A DNA stretch of 64,000 nt from the NCBI GenBank assembly GCA_020444475.1, contig JAHLKV010000004.1:84304-148303 (forward strand), read 5' to 3'. The translations under genes were made by a program, and so were the position numbers. Positions 10,006 through 19,954 of this stretch are shown here, piece by piece. Numbering within the stretch: the stretch's first letter is position 1; each line of letters opens with the position of its first letter. The notes below the pieces were generated by a model. The model had not been told where the DNA came from and did not search any database. It saw nothing but the letters and a program-made list of their open reading frames with translations. This stretch comes from a bacterium. GTDB taxonomy: Bacteria; Zixibacteria; MSB-5A5; GN15; FEB-12.

Positions 10006-10446
10006 ATGAAGATTCCATTTTACAAAATCCTGCGTGCCGCCCGGTTCATGGCGGTTCTGCTGACCATCTGCGCCCTGATAGCCTGTGGCGCAACGGCCGC
10101 CGAACGCCAGGCTTCCATGCTCGCCGCTAAACAGGAGGCCCAGCAGGCCAAAATCGACGCTGCAGATCTCCTCGAGCCGGGAGCGGACGAGGCTGGCCGC
10201 GGTGAGATGGAGCCCGGTGAGACGCCCAATATTGAACCGTCGGCCTGGCTGATCTCGGCAGTGATAACCAAGACCGGCAACGATGAACAGCGTCCCCGGC
10301 GTGACCTCGCTGCCGAAAGAACAACGGCCTACAGCGAATCTTCGACCACCCATATCCGTACTGCAACTCCGTCACCCACCCGGGTCAGCACGGATCTGGG
10401 CCGCCAGTTCACCCTGGTCGGCGCCAAGCCCTCCGGCACCAGCTAA
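10006..10446 (+). CDS. Hypothetical secreted or lipoprotein-like protein
   Basis: 146 aa. A signal-peptide-like N-terminus ending in LIAC suggests a possible lipobox. The rest is low-complexity. Intergenic location. Confidence 0.3.
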   Translation: MKIPFYKILRAARFMAVLLTICALIACGATAAERQASMLAAKQEAQQAKIDAADLLEPGADEAGRGEMEPGETPNIEPSAWLISAVITKTGNDEQRPRRDLAAERTTAYSESSTTHIRTATPSPTRVSTDLGRQFTLVGAKPSGTS

Positions 10447-10619
10447 CTTCCTCCCGTACTCCAATAGCTTCCGAATCGATGCGGGCGCCGATGCCACGAT
10501 GTGGGCAGGGGCTTCTGTCCGCGACCACAGCTCCCGAGAATAGGCCGACTGGCCGCTCAGAGCGAACATAGAATAGCAACAACTACTACATAGAACGAGA
10601 ACATACGAAAGGATCGTGT

Positions 10620-12356
10620 ATGTCTTCACAGAAATGGCGACTGGGACTCACAGTCATTCTCATCGTCCTGGCGTGCATCGCGTTCTGGGACACCTTCCGA
10701 CTGTGGACCATGTCCGGCGACGAAAAACAGCAGATGCAGGCGGAGCAGCCGGATGAACTGCTCGACCTGCAACAAAGCGCCATCCGCCTCGGACTTGACC
10801 TGCAGGGCGGTATCCATGTCGTCCTCAGGGTGAAAACCGAGGAGGTCGATGAGGCCGCGCGCGACGGTGCGGTCGACCGTGCCATTCAGGTTATCCGCAA
10901 CCGCGTTGACGGTCTGGGTGTTGCCGAGCCGGTGATCCAGAAGCAGGGGGACGATCGCGTTATCGTCGACCTTCCCGGCTACACCGATCCCGAGCGGGCG
11001 GTTGAGCTGATCGGTCAGACGGCCGTACTTGAGTTCAAGCTGCTCGAGACTATCGACAATGCCAACCTGATTCTTACCCGCATCGACTCCGTCGTAGCCG
11101 AATATGAGGCTCGCCAAAGAGGCGATGCTGCCGAGGCAGCGTCCGAAGCCCAGACCGAGTCGGTCGACAAAACCGCCGAGATGGCTGCGACCGACACCGA
11201 AACCGGCGGTGAAGACATCCTCGCCGAGTTAATGGGAGACTCGGCCGCCGATTCGATGGATTTCGGCTTCGACGAAGGCCTTGACGTTATCGATGATGAA
11301 CGCCCTTTTTCGTCGAAACTAGAGCTGTCGCTCTACAACAACAACACCGGCACCAACTGGCCGGGTTATACGGTCTCGAAAGACGACCGTCAGAGACTGG
11401 AACGCTGGCTGAGTCTTCCCGAAGTGCAGCGGGTCATTCCGATCGACGACCAGTTTGCGTTTTCGACGCGCTCCAGTATCAGGAATCAGCGGGAAGTCTA
11501 TGACCTGTATATCATAAAACGGAAAGTCCAGTTTGTCGGTCGCTATCTGGAGAACATCCGGATCGGCCGCAATGAGTACGGCAAGTCGCAGGTCGACTTC
11601 CAGCTTTCCGGCGACGGAGCTGCTCGGTTTGCGCAGTTGACCGGCGCCAATATCAACAAGCCGCTGGCGATCGTGCTCGACGACAAGGTCGAGTCGGCGC
11701 CGATGATTTCTTCGAAAATCCGGCGCAACGGGACCATCACCATGGGTTCATCGGCAACGATGGAAGACGCGATCAATCTTGAAATCGTGTTGAAAGCCGG
11801 TTCGCTGCCCGCTCCGGTGGAAATCATCGAGAAAAACGTCGTAGGCGCCACCCTGGGTGGTGACTCGATCCGGAAAGGATTCTACTCGTCGTTGATCGGT
11901 CTGCTGATCGTGCTGCTCTACATCGGTGTGTACTATCGACTCTCCGGGTTCATCGCCGATGTCGGCCTGATCTTCAACATCTTCTTCCTGCTGGCGGTTA
12001 TGGCCGGTCTGGGCGCGACCCTGACCATGCCGGGCATCGCCGGTATCATCCTCACCGTCGGTATCTCGGTAGACTCGAACATCCTCATTTTCGAGCGAAT
12101 ACGAGAGGAGCTCCGTACCGGCAAGACCGTGCGAGCGTCTATCGATGCCGGGTATGACCGGGCGTTTGTGGCGATTCTGGACTCCCACGTCACGACCCTG
12201 ATCACGGCCGGGGCGCTCTTCCTGTTCGGTTCCGGGCCGATCCGCGGGTTCGCCGTCACCCTCTTCTGGGGTGTGACCATCTCGCTGTACACGGCTTATG
12301 TCATTACCAAGGCGATCTTCGACATTCGCAAGGGCTACAAGTCCCTTTCGATCTAA
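10620..12356 (+). CDS. secD: Protein translocase subunit SecD
   Basis: 578 aa with an N-terminal transmembrane segment, a large periplasmic domain and a C-terminal 6-TM bundle (LDLQGGIHVVLRV...GPSLG). It is immediately followed by secF. Confidence 0.9.
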   Translation: MSSQKWRLGLTVILIVLACIAFWDTFRLWTMSGDEKQQMQAEQPDELLDLQQSAIRLGLDLQGGIHVVLRVKTEEVDEAARDGAVDRAIQVIRNRVDGLGVAEPVIQKQGDDRVIVDLPGYTDPERAVELIGQTAVLEFKLLETIDNANLILTRIDSVVAEYEARQRGDAAEAASEAQTESVDKTAEMAATDTETGGEDILAELMGDSAADSMDFGFDEGLDVIDDERPFSSKLELSLYNNNTGTNWPGYTVSKDDRQRLERWLSLPEVQRVIPIDDQFAFSTRSSIRNQREVYDLYIIKRKVQFVGRYLENIRIGRNEYGKSQVDFQLSGDGAARFAQLTGANINKPLAIVLDDKVESAPMISSKIRRNGTITMGSSATMEDAINLEIVLKAGSLPAPVEIIEKNVVGATLGGDSIRKGFYSSLIGLLIVLLYIGVYYRLSGFIADVGLIFNIFFLLAVMAGLGATLTMPGIAGIILTVGISVDSNILIFERIREELRTGKTVRASIDAGYDRAFVAILDSHVTTLITAGALFLFGSGPIRGFAVTLFWGVTISLYTAYVITKAIFDIRKGYKSLSI

Positions 12357-12370
12357 GGTGAGAGGAAACG

Positions 12371-13297
12371 ATGTTTAGACTAATACCCGAAACAAAGATA
12401 GACTTCATCGGAGGGCGCAAGATCGCGTTTGTGATCTCCGTCCTGCTCATCGCGGCCGGGATCGTCGCGGCCGTGATGGTCTACACCGAAAAAGCCAATT
12501 TGGGAATCGATTTCGCGGGCGGCGTCATGCTTCAGGGGCATTTCGATAGTCCTGTCGAGATCGAGACACTTCGCTCGGCGTTGTCGGCTGACTTTCCCGA
12601 CGTTCAGGTGACGAAAGTTGAGGACTTCGAACAGCCCAACGCCTTCATTATCAAGACCAAACGTCCGCAGGATGAGGCCGAAGGTGAAGCCCGCCTCAAT
12701 CGGATCACCGAAATCATGCAGGAGCAGTTTGCGGGCAACACGTTCACCCGTGACAGCGAGCACGTGATCGGCCCTGCGGTCGGACAGTCGCTCCGCCGCG
12801 ATGCTCAGTGGGCGGTATTGATCTCGCTGATCGGTATCCTCATTTACATCGCGATTCGCTTCGACTTCCGTTCCGGGGTCGCCGCGACGATCGCTACCTT
12901 CCACGATGTCCTGGCGGTGCTGGGAATTATGATCCTCATGGGCAAGGAGTTCGACCTCCTGCTGGTGGTGGCGCTTCTGACCCTGGCCGGTTATTCGCTG
13001 ACCGACACGGTGGTTGTGTTCGACCGCATTCGTGAGAATGTCAAGAAATTCCGCGGTAAATCGCAGTTCGTGAGTGCGGTCAACCTGTCGATCAACGACG
13101 TGCTCGCGCGGACGTTCAACACGTCGATCACCGTTCTTTTCGTGGTCGGCATCCTGTTTTTCTTCGGTGGCGAAGTGCTTCGTAATTTCTCGCTGGCCCT
13201 GATTCTCGGTGTTATTGTCGGGACCTACAGTTCCATCTTTGTCGCCAGCCCGATCGTGGTCGAATGGGAATCGCGCAGGCCGAAACGGTTCAAGTAG
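12371..13297 (+). CDS. secF: Protein translocase subunit SecF
   Basis: 308 aa with the SecF fold (GIDFAGG...). An intrinsic terminator follows it. Confidence 0.9.
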   Translation: MFRLIPETKIDFIGGRKIAFVISVLLIAAGIVAAVMVYTEKANLGIDFAGGVMLQGHFDSPVEIETLRSALSADFPDVQVTKVEDFEQPNAFIIKTKRPQDEAEGEARLNRITEIMQEQFAGNTFTRDSEHVIGPAVGQSLRRDAQWAVLISLIGILIYIAIRFDFRSGVAATIATFHDVLAVLGIMILMGKEFDLLLVVALLTLAGYSLTDTVVVFDRIRENVKKFRGKSQFVSAVNLSINDVLARTFNTSITVLFVVGILFFFGGEVLRNFSLALILGVIVGTYSSIFVASPIVVEWESRRPKRFK

Positions 13298-13334
13298 CGC
13301 TCGATTTGCCGAACGTTTGACCCAGAAACAACAT

Positions 13335-13367
13335 GCGGCTGTCCTGTTCGGACAGCCGCTTTTTTTG
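13335..13367 (+). terminator. Rho-independent terminator after secF
   Basis: The hairpin gcggctgtcctgttcggacagccgc is followed by TTTTTTT. Confidence 0.7.
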
Positions 13368-13381
13368 AGTCCGAAAGTGGA

Positions 13382-14140
13382 GTGCAGACGTATATTATGT
13401 GTATGCGGACAGGACCACTCTTAGCTATAACCACGATGCTCTGGGTCGTGCTGGCGACAGCACCGATCTCGGTTGCGCAGGTGTCCCGGATCGTGCCCGG
13501 GACGGTCGAGGAAGACTATCTCTCCCAGCGATATAACCCTGACCCCTCGGCTCTCAAGGTGGCCCGGCTTCACTACAGTGGGGGCGGGGACTGGTATTGG
13601 GGCGCCTCGGCGATCCCAAACTTCCTCGAGTTCGTCCGTGACAACTCCCCCTTTCCGGTAGACACCCTCGAGCGTCAGGTGAAGATCACCGACCCGGACC
13701 TGTTCCAATACCCGTTCATGTTTGCAACCGGCCATGGGACGGTTGAGTTTTCTCCGGAAGAAAAGGAACGGCTTCGCACCTACCTGCTCGCGGGCGGATT
13801 TTTGTTCGTTAACGACTCCTACGGGATGAAGGCGAAGTTCCTGGAGGTTATGGGCGGTCTTTTCCCGGAGCGGGAGGTTGTCGAGCTGCCGTTCGACCAT
13901 CCGATTTATCACAGTTTCTACGACTTTCCGAACGGTCCGCCGAAAATCCACGAGCACGACAACGAAGCGCCCCGCGGATATGCCCTGATCATCAACGGCC
14001 GGGTGGTCGTCTATTTCCTGGTCGAGTCTGATATCGGCGACGGCTGGGAAGATCCGCAGGTGCATAACGACCCGCCGGAGAAGCGCGACGAGGCTCTCCG
14101 GATGGGGCTGAACATCCTGAGCTACGCTCTGTTGTACTAG
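13382..14140 (+). CDS. DUF4159 domain protein (secreted)
   Basis: 252 aa with a signal peptide. The conserved DUF4159 core is present (YSGGGDWYWGASAIPNFLEFV...PFMFATGHG...LLAGGFLFVNDSYG). Confidence 0.6.
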   Translation: MQTYIMCMRTGPLLAITTMLWVVLATAPISVAQVSRIVPGTVEEDYLSQRYNPDPSALKVARLHYSGGGDWYWGASAIPNFLEFVRDNSPFPVDTLERQVKITDPDLFQYPFMFATGHGTVEFSPEEKERLRTYLLAGGFLFVNDSYGMKAKFLEVMGGLFPEREVVELPFDHPIYHSFYDFPNGPPKIHEHDNEAPRGYALIINGRVVVYFLVESDIGDGWEDPQVHNDPPEKRDEALRMGLNILSYALLY

Positions 14141-14213
14141 ACACCGATACTCACGATAAGGCGCCGGACCGACACCGGCTTGCACATACAACACCAACAC
14201 CGAGGTTGCCGAC

Positions 14214-17200
14214 ATGAAACAACTTGCATCGAGCTCCGACCTGATCAGGCGGCTGCACGCCGTCCTGACCAAGCAACGACTGGTCCTGTTTGCGGCCGGA
14301 TTGGTGCTGACTGTCGCAGCGGTGACCGGATCGGCGGTGGTGTTGTCTCTTCTGGCTAACGTCCTAATACTGCCTGTCTGGCTCAAGATCACACTCATGG
14401 CAGGCACCGGACTGACGGCGCTGTTGCTGTTTGGGCGCTATGCGTTGGTGCGTCTGTTCGAGGGCGATGTAGACCGGGTCGCGGCCGGACTGGAAAAGAA
14501 GTACCCCGACCTGAAGGGTCGCCTTGTGGCGGCGGTGCAGTTTTCACGCTCGGCGGTCAACCAGGGTTTTTCGGCCGATCTGATCCGCGCTAACGAGCAG
14601 CAGGCGCTTGAGAAAGCCGGCCTGATCAACTTCAATGCGGTGCTGTCATTCCACCCGGTCCTACGCGCCTCGCGCCTGCTGGCGGTCTGTGCATCACTGG
14701 CGCTGGCGCTGCTGGTTTTCTTCCCGGGGTTGTTCAGTTATTCCTATGAAGTCTACTCCAACCCTACCGAAGTCGTCGCTCCGCCGCTGGCGTACGAGCT
14801 GACGGCGTTCCCGGGAACGACCGAGTGGGTCAAGTATCGTGACATTGAGATCGGCGGCGTGGTTGTGGGGCAGAGAATACCCAGGGACGCTGTTATTCAC
14901 TATCGTCTGGCCGGTGGGCACTGGCAGAGCGAGAATATCAGCCTGGTCGGACACGATCGCACTCCAACCGCACTCGGGGATTCGCTCTCGTTCGGCCTGA
15001 CTCTTCGCCAGATCAAGAAGTCGTTCGATTATTACGTCGAAGCGGGAAGACTGAAGACCGACGTGCAGAAGATCGACGTGGTCGATCGGCCGCGCGTAAA
15101 CGACATCCATCTCTCGGTATTCTACCCGGCGTACACGGAACTCCCCCCGAGCACAATCGAAGAAAACAACGGCTCGTTTTCGGCAGTGGTCGGAAGCCGC
15201 GTGGCGATCAAGATCGAGACAAATCTCCCGGTAGCAACCGCCGGCATGGTGTTCGATGACTCCAGCCGGGTCGACTTTGAGCTGCAGGGCAAGACCGGGG
15301 AGGCGTCGCTCGTCGTCAGAGAATCCGGATCATACCACATCCTCCTGAAAGACAATCTCGGCGAGGTTAACCCGGACCCGATCGAATATTACATCACGGC
15401 CATACCCGACGAGTACCCGTCGGTCGATGTCATCCGCCCCGGATTCAACGCCAACCTGTCCGAAGAGATGATCCTTCCGTTGATGGTTCGTATCTTCGAC
15501 GATTTCGGGTTCTCATCGCTCGTTCTCAAGTATCAGGTCGTTTCCAGCGGGCGAACCTCGGATGAAAACGTCGCGGTCCTCCATTTCTCGGACAAGATCA
15601 AGACCGAAGGCGAAGTCTCATTCAACTGGGATATGGACCGACTCAATCTCTTCCCGGGTGACTATGTCAGCTACTATTTCGAGGTCGCCGACAACGACCA
15701 GATCTCCGGACCGAAAGTAGGCCGCAGCCGGACCTATATCGCACGGCTGCCTTCGCTCGACGAAATCGTCGCCCAGACCGAGCAGGAGACCACCGAGCGA
15801 ATTACCGATACGGAAAGCCTGCTTCGCACCGGCAAAGAGTTGACCAAGCGGCTGCGCGATGCCTCCCGCAAGCTGCGGGCGCAGAATCGTAACGAAGAAG
15901 GCGCCGACTGGCAGCAGAAAAAAGAGTTGGAGTCGATCGCTCAGAAGAACGAAGAAATGGTCTCGCAGATCGAGAAGATGGCTGAGAAGATGGACAAATC
16001 GCTCGAGCAGCTTCGCGAAAACGCCCTCATGAGCCGCGAGATCATGGAGAAACTCGCCGAGCTGCAGAAGCTGTTCGAAGAGGTCGCCACACCGGAAATG
16101 CGCGAAGCGCAGAAGAAGCTCATGGAAGCGCTCCAGAATATGGACCGCGACCAGCTCCAGCAGGCCATGAAGGACTTCGAGATGAGCCAGGAGGAGATGC
16201 TCCAGCGGCTCGAACGCCAGCTTGCTCTGCTCAAGAAGATGCAGATCGAACAGAAGATGGAGGCGATGCTTCGCAAGGCCGAAGATCTCCTCAAGCGCCA
16301 GGACAAGATGAATGCCGACACCGACAGTGCTTCGGCCGACCAGCTCCCGCAGATGAGCGACACCGAGCAGGAAATCAAAAAGGGGCTCGAAGACCTCAAG
16401 AAGGAAGCCGGTGACCTGACGGAGATGCTTAACGACGAGAAGGTAGAGGACCTGCAGGAACCCCGACAGTTTGCAGAGGCGCTGCAGGGGACCGACGCCG
16501 ATCAGAATATGCAGCACATGTCGGAGTCACTGCAGCAGCAGGATAAGCCGCAGTCGAAAAAGGAAGGCGAGCAGGCGTCGTCAAAACTCGCCCAGATGAT
16601 ATCGCGGATGCAGCAGCAGCTTGCCCAGATGCAAGGCAACGACAATCAGGCGATCCAGCAGGCCATGCGGCGGGCACTCGAAGACGCCAATTATCTCTCC
16701 GAGAAGCAGGAAGATCTGCTGGAACGGGTCAACGAGCTCGCGCCGCGTTCCGCGATGATGCGTGAGATGGCGGCCTCGCAGCAGGATCTCATGTCCGCCT
16801 GCAACGGCCTCAAGAGCAGTATTGCGGAACTCGGTCAGAAATCACCGTTTGTGGCGGCCGAGCTGCAGTCGCTGGTCGATCAAGCGGTCTCCTCGATGGA
16901 TCAATCAATCTCGAACCTCGACGGTTTGCGCAGCGCTCAGGCCATACAGCAGCAGCGCGACGCGATGGTGCAGTTGAACAGAGCATCGATCAGGCTCATG
17001 GAGTCGATGGATTCACAACAGCAGTGCAACAAGGGTGGTCAGTGCGATAAAAACATGGCCCAGCTCGAGAATCTGAGCAAGAAACAGCAGCAGTTGAACC
17101 AGCAGACGCAGAACCAGTGCAACAGCAACCCCCAGCAGGGCCAGAGTGGCAAGATGTCGGAGGCCGAGGCCGAGAGAATGAAGCAGGGACTTCAGCGTCT

Positions 17201-17636
17201 GGCCGGTGAACAGGGTTCAATCCGCAAGTCACTGCAGCAGCTGGCTGATGAGTTCGCCGGCTCGCGGCAGGTCCTTGGTCGACTCGATGATATCGCGAAG
17301 GAAATGAAGGAAGTCGAAGAGGACCTGGCCGACGGCGAGGCGGGTCCGGAGACAACCGAGCGTCAGCTTCGCATCTTCTCCCGCATGCTCGAAGCCAGCC
17401 GCTCCCTGCAGCGTCGCGATTTCAACGACCAGCGCAAAGCGACCACCGCCGAGTCGAGCCCGGTCTATGTTCCGGCCGCTCTCCCGGCGGAACTGCTGAA
17501 CGATCGGGCGCAATTCGAGGACCGGCTGAAGCGCTACCTGGGCGATGACTACCCGCCGCAGTACGAAGAGCAGATCAAGGCGTACTTCCGTGCGCTCATG
17601 CAGGCCGGCGGTGACGAGACCGGGAGCACCAGATAA
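14214..17636 (+). CDS. Large membrane-anchored coiled-coil / Gln-rich protein (hypothetical)
   Basis: 1140 aa. Two N-terminal transmembrane helices are followed by a ~450-aa beta-rich periplasmic region. After that comes ~600 aa of heptad-like E/K/Q/L-rich sequence with Gln-rich tracts and two Cys-pair motifs (QQCNKGGQCDKN, QNQCNSNPQQ). The gene starts 74 nt after the DUF4159 gene. Confidence 0.55.
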   Translation: MKQLASSSDLIRRLHAVLTKQRLVLFAAGLVLTVAAVTGSAVVLSLLANVLILPVWLKITLMAGTGLTALLLFGRYALVRLFEGDVDRVAAGLEKKYPDLKGRLVAAVQFSRSAVNQGFSADLIRANEQQALEKAGLINFNAVLSFHPVLRASRLLAVCASLALALLVFFPGLFSYSYEVYSNPTEVVAPPLAYELTAFPGTTEWVKYRDIEIGGVVVGQRIPRDAVIHYRLAGGHWQSENISLVGHDRTPTALGDSLSFGLTLRQIKKSFDYYVEAGRLKTDVQKIDVVDRPRVNDIHLSVFYPAYTELPPSTIEENNGSFSAVVGSRVAIKIETNLPVATAGMVFDDSSRVDFELQGKTGEASLVVRESGSYHILLKDNLGEVNPDPIEYYITAIPDEYPSVDVIRPGFNANLSEEMILPLMVRIFDDFGFSSLVLKYQVVSSGRTSDENVAVLHFSDKIKTEGEVSFNWDMDRLNLFPGDYVSYYFEVADNDQISGPKVGRSRTYIARLPSLDEIVAQTEQETTERITDTESLLRTGKELTKRLRDASRKLRAQNRNEEGADWQQKKELESIAQKNEEMVSQIEKMAEKMDKSLEQLRENALMSREIMEKLAELQKLFEEVATPEMREAQKKLMEALQNMDRDQLQQAMKDFEMSQEEMLQRLERQLALLKKMQIEQKMEAMLRKAEDLLKRQDKMNADTDSASADQLPQMSDTEQEIKKGLEDLKKEAGDLTEMLNDEKVEDLQEPRQFAEALQGTDADQNMQHMSESLQQQDKPQSKKEGEQASSKLAQMISRMQQQLAQMQGNDNQAIQQAMRRALEDANYLSEKQEDLLERVNELAPRSAMMREMAASQQDLMSACNGLKSSIAELGQKSPFVAAELQSLVDQAVSSMDQSISNLDGLRSAQAIQQQRDAMVQLNRASIRLMESMDSQQQCNKGGQCDKNMAQLENLSKKQQQLNQQTQNQCNSNPQQGQSGKMSEAEAERMKQGLQRLAGEQGSIRKSLQQLADEFAGSRQVLGRLDDIAKEMKEVEEDLADGEAGPETTERQLRIFSRMLEASRSLQRRDFNDQRKATTAESSPVYVPAALPAELLNDRAQFEDRLKRYLGDDYPPQYEEQIKAYFRALMQAGGDETGSTR

Positions 17637-17647
17637 GTGCGGGCAAT

Positions 17648-19534
17648 ATGAAGTTCTCATTCGCAGTCGTTGCATTTTCGCTTTGTCTGGTTGCGTCCGG
17701 TGTGGAGGCTCAGGATAATCGCGCAGCGGATACGCTTAAGCTCCGTCCCGCCGTCGACCCCTCAGACCGACGCGATTTTCGGGTGATCGGTCCGGCTCAG
17801 TCACAGGAAGGACTATCGGAGACCGATCGAAAGATCGGCATCGCACGCTCACTGATGCGCCAGCGCAACTTCGAGGGCGCTGCGAGTTTGCTCGAGGTTA
17901 TCCTCGAATCGGAGCCTCAAAACGGCATCGCCCAGAACCTCCTGCTCCAATGCTATCAAGAGTTGAACCGGACCCTTCAGGCGGAGGCGTTGGTGCGGCA
18001 ACTGCTGCAGGCTCAACCGGACAATTTCCAGTTCCGAATAACATTGGCTGAGCTGCTGGCGGCGCAGGACAGAATGCCCGAAGCGATCGAAGCCTACGAC
18101 CGGGCGGCCGGTTTGATCCCGCAGTGGAATGACCTTCGCGTGGCGGTACTGGTTCGCAGTGAACTGAAGAGTGGGGCAGTCGATCATGCGCTGGCCTATA
18201 TCAACCGCGCCCGACAGGAGACCGGCGACTCGACCATGCTCGCTTTGGAGACCGGGCAACTGCTCGAACGTCAGGGCCGCTACGCGGCGGCAGTGAAGGA
18301 ATACTTCCCCGTACTTGCCCAGGACACTACACGCGACGCATCCGATGCCGAGAAGCGATTGTTTGAGATGCTATCGTTTGTCGGTTCGGCCGCGGAGACC
18401 GAGGACGCGCTGTTGCACGTTTCTTCCGGCGAGGTCAGCCCGCGAGCTCTGCGTCTTCTCTCGACACACTTCATTCGCACCGGGCAGTTCGATAAAGCGT
18501 TTCAGTTCACGCTCCAACAGGACTCGGTGGAACAAGGGCAGGGACAGTCACTGCTGTTTTACATGCGTCAATGTGCCGAGCGCAAGCAATACGCACAGGT
18601 CTGTCGCATGGCCGACCGTGTTCGCGCCCGCTATGATGCATCAAGCCCGATCCTGGTCGACGCCCTGTTCCACTACGGTGATGCCCTGGTGCAACTCGGT
18701 CAGCTCGACTCCGCCATCGCCATGTTCAGTCTCGCAGGTCAGTCTTCGCCGGCCGACAACGATAAAAGCGAGGCGCTGTTCCGAATCGGCATGATCTATG
18801 TCGATCAGCTCGATGAATGCAATCAGGCAATGGTCTATTTCGACTCGATAACAACCCACTACCGACGGGGGAGAGGGTACCTTGATGCTCAGCTGCAGAT
18901 CCCTCGCTGTCAGATCAGGATGGGCGAATTGGATAGGGCGGCCGAGGCCTATGGACGTCTGCAGGACAGCCGACTGAATCCGGACATGCTCGAAGAAGTC
19001 GCTTACCAGAGCGCAATGATCCGCTTCTACGAGAAACAGTTCGACACCGCGCAGGTGATGCTCCGAAAGCTCATGGTAGACCATCCCCGAGGGTACTACG
19101 TCAATGACGCGCTCAGGCTCGTCATGACGCTCAAGGAGGTTGAGGGGAACGATACAGCCAGATACGACTTCTCCGATGCTCTGTATTTCTCGGCCCGGCG
19201 AATGCCCGATTCGGCGCGGGAGCGATACAGCCGTCTGGCCCGGGGAGAGGCGCTGGCGGATGTGTCCTTGTTGAAGCTGGCGGAGCTTGATCTCGCGGAG
19301 GCTGATTCTTCGGCTGCACTGCAGTCTCTGGAGAGTTTGATCGAGCGATTTCCCGAGTCGTACTATCTGCCGTTCGGGTTGAAAGCAAAGGCTGATGTGA
19401 TGATGGCTGATGAGGATTCTGTTGAGGCTGCGATGGCGATCTATCGACGGCTCCTGGCGGAATTCGGGAACTATCCATTCATCACCGAAGTCCGCGAGAG
19501 ACTTCGGATGTACGAACAGCAGCGAGTCGGCTGA
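17648..19534 (+). CDS. TPR-repeat protein (secreted)
   Basis: 628 aa with a signal peptide (MKFSFAVVAFSLCLVASGVEA). TPR-like helical repeats run throughout. The gene starts 12 nt after the previous gene. Confidence 0.7.
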   Translation: MKFSFAVVAFSLCLVASGVEAQDNRAADTLKLRPAVDPSDRRDFRVIGPAQSQEGLSETDRKIGIARSLMRQRNFEGAASLLEVILESEPQNGIAQNLLLQCYQELNRTLQAEALVRQLLQAQPDNFQFRITLAELLAAQDRMPEAIEAYDRAAGLIPQWNDLRVAVLVRSELKSGAVDHALAYINRARQETGDSTMLALETGQLLERQGRYAAAVKEYFPVLAQDTTRDASDAEKRLFEMLSFVGSAAETEDALLHVSSGEVSPRALRLLSTHFIRTGQFDKAFQFTLQQDSVEQGQGQSLLFYMRQCAERKQYAQVCRMADRVRARYDASSPILVDALFHYGDALVQLGQLDSAIAMFSLAGQSSPADNDKSEALFRIGMIYVDQLDECNQAMVYFDSITTHYRRGRGYLDAQLQIPRCQIRMGELDRAAEAYGRLQDSRLNPDMLEEVAYQSAMIRFYEKQFDTAQVMLRKLMVDHPRGYYVNDALRLVMTLKEVEGNDTARYDFSDALYFSARRMPDSARERYSRLARGEALADVSLLKLAELDLAEADSSAALQSLESLIERFPESYYLPFGLKAKADVMMADEDSVEAAMAIYRRLLAEFGNYPFITEVRERLRMYEQQRVG

Positions 19535-19549
19535 GCGGACTCGCCCGGA

Positions 19550-19798
19550 CTAGAACTTACCGAGTTTCTCCCGGCCCTGTTCCAGGGTCCTGATCTTCTG
19601 CTCAAGCACGAAAATGTCCCGTTTCAAACGTTCCTTGTCACCGTCTTTTTTCTTGGTGGTCGTACGGACCAGCAGGCCCAGCGACAGGAGCATGAAGAGC
19701 ACGGAGTTGATGCGGCGGAAAATCTCGCCCATATTCAGCAGGGAATCAGCGAAAGCCATGATTCCCAGAACAAACAGCACGGCACACCAAATTAGCAT
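19550..19798 (-). CDS. Small membrane protein (DUF2304-like?)
   Basis: 82 aa with two transmembrane helices followed by a basic, charged coiled tail. Confidence 0.35.
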   Translation of the reverse strand: MLIWCAVLFVLGIMAFADSLLNMGEIFRRINSVLFMLLSLGLLVRTTTKKKDGDKERLKRDIFVLEQKIRTLEQGREKLGKF

Positions 19799-19954
19799 AG
19801 TATCCCTAACCTTGTATTAATCCGCAGGCGAACTGGGCGGTAAAATAACTGTTGAGATTTGAGGCCCCGTTGTTATATTTGGCGCAATTGCCTGTCATTT
19901 TACCTAGTTATAAGTAAGATCGGCTGCCTGCAAAGGTGGCTTTAGGAGGAGATT